A stretch of DNA of 62,221 bases, the filler included, from Choristocarpus tenellus KU-1152 (taxonomy: Eukaryota > Protista > Phaeophyceae), in NCBI GenBank assembly GCA_964200185.2. It is 8 parts of 8 records of this genome, joined end to end, with 100 filler letters (N's around TTAATTAATTAA, not from the genome) between each part and the next. Parts side by side here need not be neighbours in the genome. Positions count along the whole stretch, not along the records: positions 1 to 11,777 come from CAXNAD020002143.1; 7 more parts are not named here. The stretch is one strand, 5' to 3'. The position numbers were made by a program, and so were the translations under genes. Below the pieces are notes generated by a model. It worked only from the letters and a program-made list of their open reading frames with translations, had not been told where the DNA came from and did no database searches. Shown piece after piece: positions 1 through 11,877 of this stretch (position 1 is the first letter of the stretch; every line of letters starts with the position of its first letter).

Positions 1-44
1 GGTGAAAAACGGACGCCGACCCCCCCCCCAAGATACTTTGACCC
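1..44. mobile_element. Right end of a MITE-A-related element (truncated by window start)
   Basis: Ends ACGGACGCC-polyC-AAGATACTTTGACCC, the same TIR as the complete copies at 44863-45043 and 56503-56674. Confidence 0.7.
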
Positions 45-3000
45 TACTCACACTTTTTTGTCACCTAACATCGCGCTGCGTGTCACACACGGTACTTGCT
101 TTTCCGTCGCCTCTCGATAGAGAAAGTGGCGAGGGTAGATCCAGGGGGTAGAGTGGCCTCGGTGGCTTTCCTTGTCTCCTTGTTATGGTTCATGTTGCTG
201 TGTAAGTCACGTGTGTAAAGTCTGCAAAAGGCGTTAAAAAGATGTCTGGAAATTTGAGTTTTTTTTCGATATTTCCACACCGGCGAAACTTGGGCAGTGA
301 CGCACCCCGGACCAGATTTTTGCAAGGAGTTCAGTCAACCACTTCATGTTTGTCCATTTTGAAGTATTTACACTCAAAATTGCGCCGGAGCTATTCCCCC
401 GCGTTTTTGCCATTCTTTGATCGGGACATGCCTGCCGCTCCCCGAAGCCTGGACTTTCGTGCATACAAACCTTCAAAAGCTTTTGTCATACCCTTTCATT
501 TGACATATAGATTGTTTCATATCTTTGGTGTGTGCATGGTGATAAAATTCAAGATTGCCACAGAGGGCGAAGCTACTGGTACCACCTTAAGGTTAAATTT
601 AAACCGAATGTTTTCGGCACAACCTTGAAAATGTTTCGGAATGAATGATCATGATCAAACATATTTTTCCGAAAGAATTTCTTTACGTAAATCCATAGCC
701 TAGATCCAGAGCTTCATTTGATATGCTGAACGTCGATGAACTCGTTGGGGAAGTCAAGATTGGTAACCGCCGAAACGGTACGTGGGCAGACCTCGGCTTA
801 ATACTGTTTAAGCCACTCACAGGACACTGTGACTCCCAATGACCTCCGAGTTGTCCAGATTAATTGTGGAGAGGTTCTTCAGGATGAGTATTGCTTACCA
901 CCTGATATATTTCAACGACAAAGGTATAGAATTGCATCAAATTGGACAGGGTGTACAAGACATTTAAGTCTGACAGGAGGCGTGCACCGTAAGGATACCT
1001 CATTTGACTTGGCGTGGATTGTCTGGTTCAGAGGCCTGGGTCGCCATAAGTGAGCCTTAGTCCGCAGGCGACAACATCTCATAAACGGGAAATAATGGAA
1101 AGAGAATGGAGAGACAACAACGCCCATATTCTCTGGGTGATGATGGCCTCTTCTGGCGTGAAAAACATCCTAAAATGCCAGGTTCGCGCGCGGACTACTT
1201 GATTCAAATATGGTCCTGTATTTCTCACGATTACTGCAAGTTGACCAACCGAGATCCGTCAATTAAGTTGAGCATGCTGATGCGATTACAGCAAACGAAT
1301 TTTCATGAAAAAAATTCGTTGTTGATCAAAAGTTATGGCATGACAAAGTTGATGCAGGAGCCGCCGACTGGCAACACAGTAGCTGGTATTCAAATAGTAA
1401 ATAGATTATTGAAAGATTTCTTTGACATTTACAACAGGTTTTACTTTTACAGAGGTTATGATAATATATCGGCTTTTCAGTGGCTTTTCCTTTCACACAT
1501 CTACAATTGTGAGAGGGGATAATTAATATATAGCCAAGAATAATAACCATTTGACAAAGAGAGAAAAAAATTAATCTTTTATGCTCATTTTTCCTTTAAT
1601 ATATTTCCAATATGATAAAAACGAACCAGGAACCAGGAACCAGGAACAGGGAACCGAGCCGTTCAAACTTCAAACTTATGAACGTATGACAACAGTAACA
1701 CAATAGTAGTAACAATATAAGTTTAAGTAGTTCTGAAAAAAATTATTGTGTTGGTTCAAAAGTTTCATGTTCCCAAAGTTCTTTGACCAAAAGACACAAC
1801 CACATAAACTAAACAAACCTTGTAAGCCTTGCAAAGCAGTGTGCTACCATATATTCCTGTCTCGAACAACGGACTGATCAAGCTCCCGAGGATAAGACAT
1901 CCCCATGAATGAAGGCGCAACCTTGTTAAGGGATTGGGCAGCAATGTGGAACGCCGTTTTGATATCCGTTGCCCATAAGAGTAGGTTTTCATTGGTTGCA
2001 ATGGCCTTGTTGTTGGGATGCCCCCTCTTTGATGCAGCGGAGTTGGGCCGTGGGGATTTGCAGCAGACAGTCGACGAAATAATAACATCCTCAGACTCGG
2101 AAATATTTCATCTAGACCTTCACTGGCGCGGGGGAGAAGGAACGGCGGGTCGGGATGACAGCGCCCCTTGGTTCTCAGGGTTTACTTCGGAGGGGGCTTT
2201 CGCATTGACAATGAGGTGAATTACGGAAATGTGATCTTTATTGCTCTTCAATCCTATCAGAGGGCAGACATATTGTTTGTCTGCATGCGAAAATCACCCT
2301 CCATACCGCTTAGGATTGAAGAATGAGTAATACATCTATTGAGTGAACCTACAGTCGTAAACCCCTCGCCATGTTTTTCTACCGTTCTTCATCTTTGACA
2401 TCCTGGTAATACCTCTGAGTTGCCCAAAGGATGATCAGACTGTTGAAACAACAAATCACGACTCGAGGTGACAACCCCTAGACTGTCTCCAAGAACATTC
2501 CTTGTGTTTTTGCACACCCATCCATTGGATAATTACTTCTGTGAGTGTGCTAATGAGATTTGTAGCTGTGGTTAGATACTAATCGAATCTTTGGAGATCT
2601 CAACTCTGGACCTTTGGATGAACTGTCCCTATGCAATCAAAGCGTCGTCGAGGAATTTTGTGAGGACTGACTGCAATTCATGTCCTCGTTAGTGTGTGTT
2701 TGTTCGGTTTGTTAGGAGAATTGTGAGATTTCAACCTGCCTTGTGCAGCATACATGACGGAGGTTTCAATCCCTCTGTGCCAATAATGCAACCACTTTGA
2801 TTTTATCGATATATATATATACCTCGGGTTGGGGTCACTGTAGGGCCTTAGGGTTAAGGTTACTGTAGGGCCTTAGTGTTAGGTTACTTTTATTTTCCTC
2901 TCCACTTCTATATTTCTATATTTGAGATTTGAGGGTCTTCAATAAATTACTGCATCACCCTCCCATTTCTCGAAACAACTGTGAAAGTGAAGAACGACAT

Positions 3001-3938
3001 TTGAGCTCAGTCACCCTTTTGCCGTTGGGTTTGCGTTTTTCTTGCTTAGTCAAGACACTTCACGATTAGACATGTAGCTGCGATGCAGACAATTTTCGTG
3101 TCTATCTGTTTAAATAGGCACTAGCTTTTGAAAACAGGATTTTTTGGTTTCAGTGAATAGTTAATATAGTTCTTTTTTTTGCAAGTCGTGCCCTTTTCTG
3201 GAAGATTTTAAATTTCCATGTGCAAGAAAGCTGTTGATGAGTGAGATGGTATGGTCTCATGATAATTTCCGGTAGCTGCATCAAGGCTTACTGTGTTTCT
3301 GAAGAAGAATGTCCTTAGAGGTGGTGCTCTCAGGCTGCTCAATGTTATGGACATCCTAGACTTCGATTTTTGTGGACCTGCCTCTTACCCTTGTCGCATG
3401 TCAAGAGAGAGCAAACTTTTGACAGGTCGATTCACTTCCCCGCTACAAAGATAGATAGTAAACTTGCTCGATGACAACCCTGCAACAGTCACCACAAGCA
3501 GACGGAAGGCATCGTGGATTCATGTAGTGTGGTAGGGGCTCTAGCGATGAATGTCACGCCACAAGGGAAGGAAATCAATCCATGTACCCATCAAACTTCT
3601 TGATGCACTAATTCTGTAACTGTTTCTGGTATTGGTTCTCATGCTCATGAAATATATTCACTTGTGTGGCCGAAACAGTCACTGGGATGCTGCTTCAATA
3701 CACCAAAATCATGGTGTACTTGTTGGTTCTAAGTTAGCACTCCAAACCAATGAGTTTTTGGTTTATTTTTGTGCGTGATATGTATTTCTGATGAGGAAGG
3801 CTTGTTCATGCTTGCGTGGTCTCCTTTCGTGCATGAAAAGGATCCAATCAAAATAACTTGATTTATATTTTCTTAATTAACTAGTAGAGAGGGGTTTCAC
3901 ATATTTAATCAGATACGACATTGATTTCTGAGAAGAAA

Positions 3939-3987
3939 ACTTGATTATTGCATTGATATTAACTTGATTATTGCATTGATATTAACT
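3939..3987. repeat. 23-bp tandem duplication
   Basis: AACTTGATTATTGCATTGATATT x2. Confidence 0.85.
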
Positions 3988-4189
3988 CCTGGTATGTTAC
4001 GAATACTTGGATTTATGGTGGATGCTATTTGGTACCTACATTTCTACTGCTATGATACACTTGATTTTTTTTTGTGAAGGACGGCAGTGAACACAACCTA
4101 CAGAGATGCTACAGTGAAAAATCGTAGTGGAATTACAACTTTGAAGGCGTGTGTCCCATGCCCTCATCGGTGCTTTCTATTGGTCACAG

Positions 4190-6747
4190 TAATCCGGTGC
4201 TTCGAGCTTTGTCACACTTAGAGGTGCTGGGTATCCCCCTTTACAAGGCTGGGCAGGAATGGATTGAGGAGAGTAAATCCGCCACAGATGCAACAGAATT
4301 TGGACAAGGCTACCAGGTGAGGGTTGTGTTGATTAGGTTGGGTAGGGATTAATTAAGGTTGACAACATGAACACGATGCAACTAAATTCAGGCAGGGGGC
4401 TATTATGTTTGCTTTAGACCCTGGTCTAGGGTGGGTGTTGCCTGATACGGTCAGGGTTGAGGGTATTTGGGTGAGTAGGATCAGGTTTAGAATAGAATTT
4501 GCGAGAATTTGATTTTGGGGAATAAGATAGGTACAGATGGATGCAACTGAACTCAGACCAGGCTATTACTGTATTGCAATTATTATTATTATTTTTAAAC
4601 TAGTGAGCTGTACATGTTGGGATTAATTTTTTGGGGGGGGAATTGGTCAGTGTTGTTGAGTAGTAGGTATCAATAGTGTTTGTGGTAAAATTGAACCTTT
4701 CAGGGCAGGGTCACAGACAAAACCCCAGCCATTGATGCAATTGAGTTTAGAATGGACTTTCAGACTATGGTTTGGACTTGGTGTTTGGATCAGTTGATTG
4801 AGATAGGAGCGAGGATATATGGTATTGGATGATTGGTGTTTGAATTGGAATTATGCCCATTGGTACTGGATTGAAAGCAATAGCTCGGCCACAGATACGA
4901 CATAATTTTGATAGGGATGGATAGATTACATAGTGAGGCCAGAACAGCAGGAATGTTTTTTGAGGTTATTATTATTATTTGTCAGGTTAGGGTTATTTAG
5001 ACTAGGGCTAATGCAGACAGGATTAGATTGAAAGCAATAGCCCAGCCGATAACATGGCTGAATTCAGATTGCACTTTCAGGTCACGGTAAGCATTGGACA
5101 CAAGACATGACATTGGTTGTTGCTCTGGGTGAGGGTTGAGTTTTTGATTTGTATTTGTGAACTCTTCTTGCTGAGGCTAGGGTATGGTGATTGGCTGAGT
5201 GTTGATGGTTGGGTTCAAGATTATGAGTTACAAATTTTTGGGGGACGGATTACTGTGAATGTATTGTGTGTGACCAAAACATCAACTTAGGGTTAGGGTT
5301 AGCTGTACGGGGGATGCCCCCACCCCAAACACACACAGACATGCTCAATTGATCGTCTTTCACACACATTACATAGACATGATTGGTATCATGTCCCCTA
5401 TTTTCTTACATTAAATTTTATTTGCAACTGTTTGATGTCAAGAATAGACCATGTTTCACGCCTCTTTTTGATCTGACTTTTGTGTGTGTTGTTGGCGTGG
5501 TTTGTGATTGGTTCTGGTTTGTGACTGGTTGGTTCGGGAATATGAATGAACTGTGATTGGTTCTGGTTTGTGATTGGTTGGTTTGGGAATATGAATGAAC
5601 TGTGATTGGTTCTGGTTTGTGATTGGTTGGTTCGGGAATATGAATTAATTGTGATTGGTGATTGGTGGGGTATGTCGGTTGTTGGTGCCTGGTGTGATTT
5701 GTGATGTTGATTTTTCCGTGGGTGGTTATTTTTTTTTTTAATGGACTATTCATGATGTGGTTTGTGGGGTTTGTTGGTGGATTCTGGATGATTGGTGGGT
5801 GTGTTTATGGGCTTGTGGCCATTGGGGCGCTTTGTTCCTCCACCATCCAGCTGCTTGACAACTACTTGGTTCGGGTCCTTGGCGGGAAAGAGACATGGGA
5901 CAGGCCACCAGGGAAGTTGATGAAGGAGGACTTGGCAGCGGCGAAGAGGCAACTAAGCAAGTTTGATGTTGTGGTGAGTGGGGGGGGAGAGGTGGAAGGG
6001 TGGCTATTGATGGTGTGGTGGGAGCATGCAGAGCGTCCTCAGTGTTGCGTGTCTCGCTATTGGTTGAACACAGCGAGTGTCTGAGGTAGGCTCTCTTCTT
6101 GTGTTTATTTTGTGTTTTTTTTGTCTAGGTATGGGTATGTTTCTTGGCGGAGATGATGGCGGGTGTGAAGTCTAACCCTAACCCTAAGCCGATTGAATGT
6201 GCTCTAACCCTAAGAGTAATGCGAGATTGGGAAGTCAAAAACATCTTTTTTATTTTTTTGAAGGTAAGACGTTTATCGATCAAGGAGTTGACACTTCTGT
6301 CTTCATTTATTGCACTGAAAAGGGAGGGGGTCAACACACCTCTTTTTTTTCAAGACCATTTTCAAAAGGCTATTTTTGTCCTCTTGAGGTGTGCTTTATT
6401 TTGTAGTTCATGGATCTTTTATCGGGCCGTCCAGTTAGTTAGCAGGACCCAAAGGACCTATCCATGAACCTGATCAAAGAAATGCCTGAGGGTCTGAGAC
6501 CAGACCTTGCAGAAATATCTGAAACCAGGCCGTCAATTGGACCTGCCCATTTGTAAACCTCAGTGTCCTCGTCTGCTGAGTGGGTTTTTCACATGTTCCT
6601 GGCCTGATGAAAGTCCCTGAAGAATTTAGTGTACCATTTACATCCGGGGATTTCCTAAGATTTCAGAGTACTTGTCTTCTTGTCTTCTTGTCTTCTTCTC
6701 CTTTTCCCCCCTACTGATTTGTGTAGGTTGGTGATTTTGCTGCCTAG

Positions 6748-6790
<43 letters not shown>

Positions 6791-7076
6791 CNNNNNNNNC
6801 TCCTCCCCCCTCTTTGTTTTTTTGTTTTTTTTTTTCTCCCCCCCCCCCCCCCCCCCCCCCCCCCCGATTTCAAGCTCTGATTTTTTTCTCTTTATTTCTG
6901 TTTTTGTCAGTCCAAAAGAAAGAAAACAAAAAATAATTTGGTGGGGAGGGTACCCGTACATAATTCTCATTTATTGCAAACTGAAAGGCTAGCTTTTATA
7001 TTATTATTTTATAAATATTTTTTGTGATATAAAAAGGTTGAGTGCTGTGCAAATTCTTCGGGTGGGGGCTCTTTGT

Positions 7077-7113
<37 letters not shown>

Positions 7114-10100
7114 GATATTGTGTGCAGAAAATGCAGAGAGTTTGGGGCCAACTCATCTCTGCCTACAGTTACAACAGTTACAACTATCTGTACGGTGTTG
7201 AGTCAAGCAGCATCAAAAGTGTATCACTTTATATTATTTTTTCTCCGCGAGTGCAGGAAGGATGTCCCCTACAGTAATAGGAACCTTGTTTATTAACTGC
7301 TGAGCCATGCAGCACTCGATTGCAGTAACTGTTTTTTTTTTCTAATCTTCAAGTGGCCACCTATCGCTACATGTCTTTGAAGCAGTGAAGATAACTACAG
7401 TCAGTGCTGTGGCACGGGGAAGGAGGGGGAGAATAAGAGAGAGTGTGTGTCATCTGGTCTTATCGGTGCAGCGTTGTCTCTTATTTGCTTAGGCAGTTGA
7501 TTGTATTTTGCATTTGTCGAAGATGGTTGCATTTGGTCAACGATTTGCTCTGTCTTTTCAACTCCTAGATGTACTCGCCTACTCACACCTAGACACCCCC
7601 CCCCCCCCCCCCCCCCCTCCCCTTCCTCCTACCCCCCTTCCTCCCGCGTGTATTATCTTGTCAGTTTGTACTNNNNNNNNNNCCACCCCCCCCCCCCCCC
7701 CCCCCCCCATTTTCATATTCACACAATACCTCTGTAAGATATATGTTGAATGTATGTGTGTGGATAATGTTGGGTGGAGACCATCTACATGTGGAACCTT
7801 TTGTAAGGATTGTTTTTATTGTAATCCCTAACCCTATACTTGCGACAATGTCACACACTACAGATGAGACATGAGGGTAGGAATGAGGCTTGACTGCTGT
7901 GGGATGATTACCATGGGATGAGGATGTCTTGTGAGCGGGGATAGTTGTGAGCTGAGGTTAGGGTTAGGGCCCTGTTGAAAAAAAGAAGTCAGGATTCGGT
8001 ACAAAATGATTATCTACTTGAAGAACTTCCTTTGTTTTTGGTTGTTGTTTTTTGGTAAAGTATGTTTTTGGCGTTTAGAGTTAGTTCATTGTTTCTCCAT
8101 CAGCTGTCCAGGATTTTGGATTACTTTTGCCCCATCTCCAAAGATAAGCTCTAGTTCAATGCGCTACAGTTAGTTTTTATACGTACTACTTTTGTTGTCT
8201 TCTGGGTTTGACGGTGATTTTGGAGCACATGCTTTTAATTTTTCTTCTTTATATTTTTGATCTGGTTTACTCGACATGGACTTTTTTTCTACTATCTGCA
8301 GTACATGTAATATGTACATCCAATATGTACATCCAATATATATATATATATATACTTTCCAGAGCCTTTTGCTGGGCTGGGAAAGTTTGAAAAACCCGGT
8401 TGATAATGTTTCTGACATGGACAAGCTCTTCCGAGTACGCTTTCATAATCCAGTCCACATGGCTGGCTAGTGTCGTTATTTGAAGAGTTTTGATCCTGCC
8501 CGTCAGAGATTGGTGCAGGACAAGTTCAAGTTCAACTGTCACTGTCTTTGAATCGTGCCTGTCCAGAGTTGTCAAATGTCTCTATGAGGTAGTCTGTGAG
8601 TGTTCTCTAAGTCATGGTCTTGCCCGACGAAGGGCAGCCCTGCGCTTGAACGCATTTGTGTTGCCTCTTTTATTTTAATGTTTATAAAAACCGCCTTCTA
8701 TCCATTGTTTTGTTTATGTATTTTGTCACCTCGTGATTGAAGATGAGGGCAGAGTGTCTGGCAACGGATGTGAGCATGCTGATACCACACCTCAAGAGAG
8801 GAAGCAACACGGAGGCAGATCTGCGCAGTGGGAGGTTGATGGTGGCGGAGAGGAGTCAAGGAAACGACTTGCCCATTGCCTACCCTATGGAAGGAGGTTG
8901 GTTGGAGAGTTGCCGGATATTGTTTTTTTTGTTTTTTTGTGCCAATTTTTGAATAATAATAACAATAATAATAATAATAATAATGGCTTCGTTGGTACTC
9001 GCTTCAATTGGTGATAGTGATAATGGATAGTGATAATGGATAGTGATGGCAGGACAAGGCTGTATCTAATGGGGTGAGAGGTAATACAGTATATATCTAT
9101 TGGAATGGCTCTTTGTGTGCGTTGTGGGGTTTGTGCCAACATGTACAAATACTTCTTGTTAGGGTTAGGGTTATCTGATGAGGCCGTGGAGTTCAGAATG
9201 ATCAGGGTTAGGGTTATCTGATGAGGCCGCGGAGTTCAGAATGATCAGGGTTAGGGTTATCTGTTTTTGAGTTTGTTATTGATTGAAAAATCATAACGTG
9301 GTGATCTATAGTTTTGTGCTGATGTTGGTCAGGGATAGGATCACGAACTCGAGCTGGAGATACAGTTTGAGTTAGAGTCTCTTGGGCTTAATGTATGGTT
9401 TGGTCTGACTCTCTTGAGCTAAACCTATACTTTTGAGTTTGAACATCTTCTGAGTGCCACAACAGGGTAAGGAATAGGCATAGGCCTAGGACTAATGCAT
9501 TAAATCGTTCTGCTTGTTCATTGCGTTGGAAGATCTTTTTCTTTTTAGGGTTAGGGCTAACTATTTTATTGTTTTTTTTTGTCAATGTTGGCTGACTGAG
9601 GTATTGCGATAAGAATAGGTATTTTCAGTGAGATTAATGAGATTAAGGAGATTAATGATAGCTGAGGTTTGGGATAGTGAGGTTATTATTAGAGGATAGT
9701 GTTACACAATGTGGACAAATAAAACTTGTGAAATAATAATAATAAATACAGAAATGAAATGTATTTTTATATCTTGAACAGATCTAAACTAACACTGTGA
9801 AACGTAGGTGCAGACCAAGATGATCAATATAGACAGCTTCCTTTTTTTGTTTAGTTTTCCCTGACATAAGTTGACCTATGGCATCCACAACACCCACCCC
9901 CTGAAAACAATCCACCCTCTTTTTGATCCCTCTTGGTCAAATCTTTCCAGTTAACCTAGTCAGTGTTGAGAAGATGCCATGGTACAGTTCCCAACACAGG
10001 GTCTGGTCTATTCTTTGACCGATTCTTTGATCTATTCCGACCTACTGCAATTCCTCCCTTGCTACATTGCTTTCCCAATTTTCTCCTCTGACTTCCTGTG

Positions 10101-10306
10101 TTTCCTTTTTATCATTTTTATTTTATTTTAATCTTTTTATTTTATTTTCCAAATATATTAATATATTAGGGGATCTCGAGGAGGGTCTGATGGTGATGAA
10201 CCATCTGGATTTGAACCTCTGGCACTATACAGAGCAGCTGATTGGGTCAAGAAGTACTGACAGGGAGTCACTTATATGTGGTCTACCTAAGGAGATGGAG
10301 CGACAG
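4190..10306 (+). CDS. Partial multi-exon sulfotransferase-like protein (Sulfotransfer_2 / Gal-3-O-ST-like)
   Basis: AG/GT-bounded exons 4190-4316 (NPVLRALSHLE...GYQ, matching the R-x-P-x-x-R-x-x-S PAPS motif) and 5851-5973 (LLDNYLVRVLGG...LAAAKRQLSKFDVV). Probable exons ~8362-8433 (SLLLGW...) and 10170-10306 (...NHLDLNLWHY..., N-x-L-D-x-x-L motif). 5' exons and some linking exons were not resolved. Confidence 0.55.
5504..5665. repeat. 49-bp minisatellite, ~3 copies, intronic
   Basis: GTGATTGGTTCTGGTTTGTGA(C/T)TGGTTGGTT(C/T)GGGAATATGAATGAACT repeated. Confidence 0.9.
6461..6541 (+). ncRNA. Degenerate type I hammerhead-ribozyme-like fold
   Basis: TCCA..CTGATCA (6470-6476, CUGANGA with G8>C), long hairpin AGGGTCTG-AGAC-CAGACCTT, GAAAC (6521), short stem III, GTC (6532-6534), ..TGGA. 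Confidence 0.35.
7079..7110. repeat. (AC)n microsatellite
   Basis: About 16 AC units. Confidence 0.95.
9160..9263. repeat. 42-bp tandem repeat containing TTAGGG units
   Basis: AGGGTTAGGGTTATCTGATGAGGCCG(T/C)GGAGTTCAGAATGATC x2 plus a partial copy. Confidence 0.9.
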
Positions 10307-10483
10307 GTGCCTGTATGTATTACTTTATTTTTTTCTGAACGCGCATGATGCAGTAATACATACCAGTCCTTCCATGCCCCTTTCAGTGTTATTTTGCATG
10401 ATGAGGAAATTTCCGTGTAAACCCCAAATCATGAACATGGTTGCTTGTATATTTTGAATATCAAGTTCTTGATATTTCATTCC

Positions 10484-10660
10484 TACAGTTCTCACCTACT
10501 TATGTGTTTCAATTGGTACAGTTCTCACCTAAATATGTGTTTCTACAGTTGTCACCTACATATGTGTTTCTACAGTTCTCACCTAAATATGTGTTTCTAC
10601 AGTTGTCACCTACATATGTGTTTCTACAGTTGTCACCTACATACGTGTTTCAATTGGTAC
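10484..10660. repeat. 27-bp minisatellite, ~6 copies
   Basis: TACAGTT(C/G)TCACCTA(A/C)ATATGTGTTTC repeated; explains the repetitive ORFs 10441-10740 and 10445-10735. Confidence 0.9.
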
Positions 10661-11603
10661 CTCGAGAACAGTATGTTCTCCTTGTTTCAAAGTACTTTAT
10701 CAAAGCACACACAGTTTTATCCGACACAGCTGTAGAATAGGTCCTTTCCTTTCTCCTCTCCCTTCACTGCCGACACTTCCTCACTTCTAACAGCTGCTTT
10801 CCCTCCTTTTGACTAATATATTAATTTTATTTGGGATGCTATTTGTTTTGTTTTTTAGGGTTAGGTTAGGGTCAGGGTGGAGATGGGGATGATGAAGGGT
10901 TGGTGAAAAGGGAGAAGAAACGGGGGGCAGTGAGAGGGTTGAACACTGAATAGGTCAATTGGTTGGATACAAAGTATGTGTCTTGTGTCAGGTAGGGTCC
11001 TAACGGTAAGACTCCTCATCGGCAACAGTTTTCACTCCACCGATGTCAGTCTCAGCAATTAGTAATTTTTGAAGATTCAGTACTGTACATGAGTATGCGA
11101 CATTTTTTGTGCTCTTATGATTGGTTCAATTGGATATGGATTGGTGGATCGGTTAACTGATTGGTTAAGAGATCAATGCTTAGAAGCGTGGTTACTTAAA
11201 AGTGGACAGGTGGATGATAGATTGATTGACGAGCAGACGAAACAGTGGATGGATGAACAGATAGATGAATGGATCGATCAATAAATTTGGTGTGGACAAA
11301 CTAGAGTGTAGGGGTGTGGACAAACTTGTAGATGTGTAGGTAGAGGGCATCAAACTGGCTATAGGTATCTTACAACGCCCCATCAAGCCCCGAAAATGGC
11401 TTGGGGTAAACATCCTCCCCCCCCTAAGATTTTGCATATCGGCAAAATGTCAAGAGAATAATACTAATAATATAATAATAATAAATAATATATATATAAT
11501 TTTTATATTATTCCCTTTGACTTTTTGTAGATGTCTCAAGGAAAAAAACAATCGAAAACCATTCAAATATCAGGGTTAATTAGAAACCTTTTCTACCAGA
11601 GGG

Positions 11604-11777
11604 TAGTGAAAGTATCTTAGAGGGTACAAGTTTTTCCTTGTTTGTCCATTTGGGGCTCGGTTTCCCAAGGGTTCTTAATGACATTTTACCTACTCCAAAA
11701 TGCTTTGGAGTAGGTAAAATGCATACGTTATGAAAAGGAGTGTCCGGAACAAGGATATTGTCATCTCCTAACAAACA
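11604..11777. mobile_element. MITE-B copy, truncated at gap
   Basis: AGTGAAAGTATCTTAGAGGGTAC TIR; interior matches the reverse complement of 52612-52868. Confidence 0.85.
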
Positions 11778-11877
11778 NNNNNNNNNNNNNNNNNNNNNNN
11801 NNNNNNNNNNNNNNNNNNNNNTTAATTAATTAANNNNNNNNNNNNNNNNNNNNNNNNNNNNNNNNNNNNNNNNNNNN
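11778..11877. other. Assembly linker (N + TTAATTAATTAA + N)
   Basis: Same linker at 15381-15480, 25982-26081, 43165-43263, 46392-46491, 53926-54025 and 58921-59020. The 12-mer has stops in all six frames. Confidence 0.97.

Noticed and set aside
6638-7858. Poly-Gly/Pro and HT-repeat ORFs
   Set aside because: Translations of poly-C/G runs and (AC)n microsatellites with N gaps.
9175-9235. CTGATGAGGCC as hammerhead cores
   Set aside because: No closing stem II or GAAA; part of a 42-bp tandem repeat.
11445-11527. AT-rich fold-back as structured RNA
   Set aside because: Pairing is dominated by low-complexity A/T sequence.
11822-11833. Recurrent TTAATTAATTAA as a biological motif
   Set aside because: Always centred in N-runs of fixed length; an artificial six-frame-stop linker.
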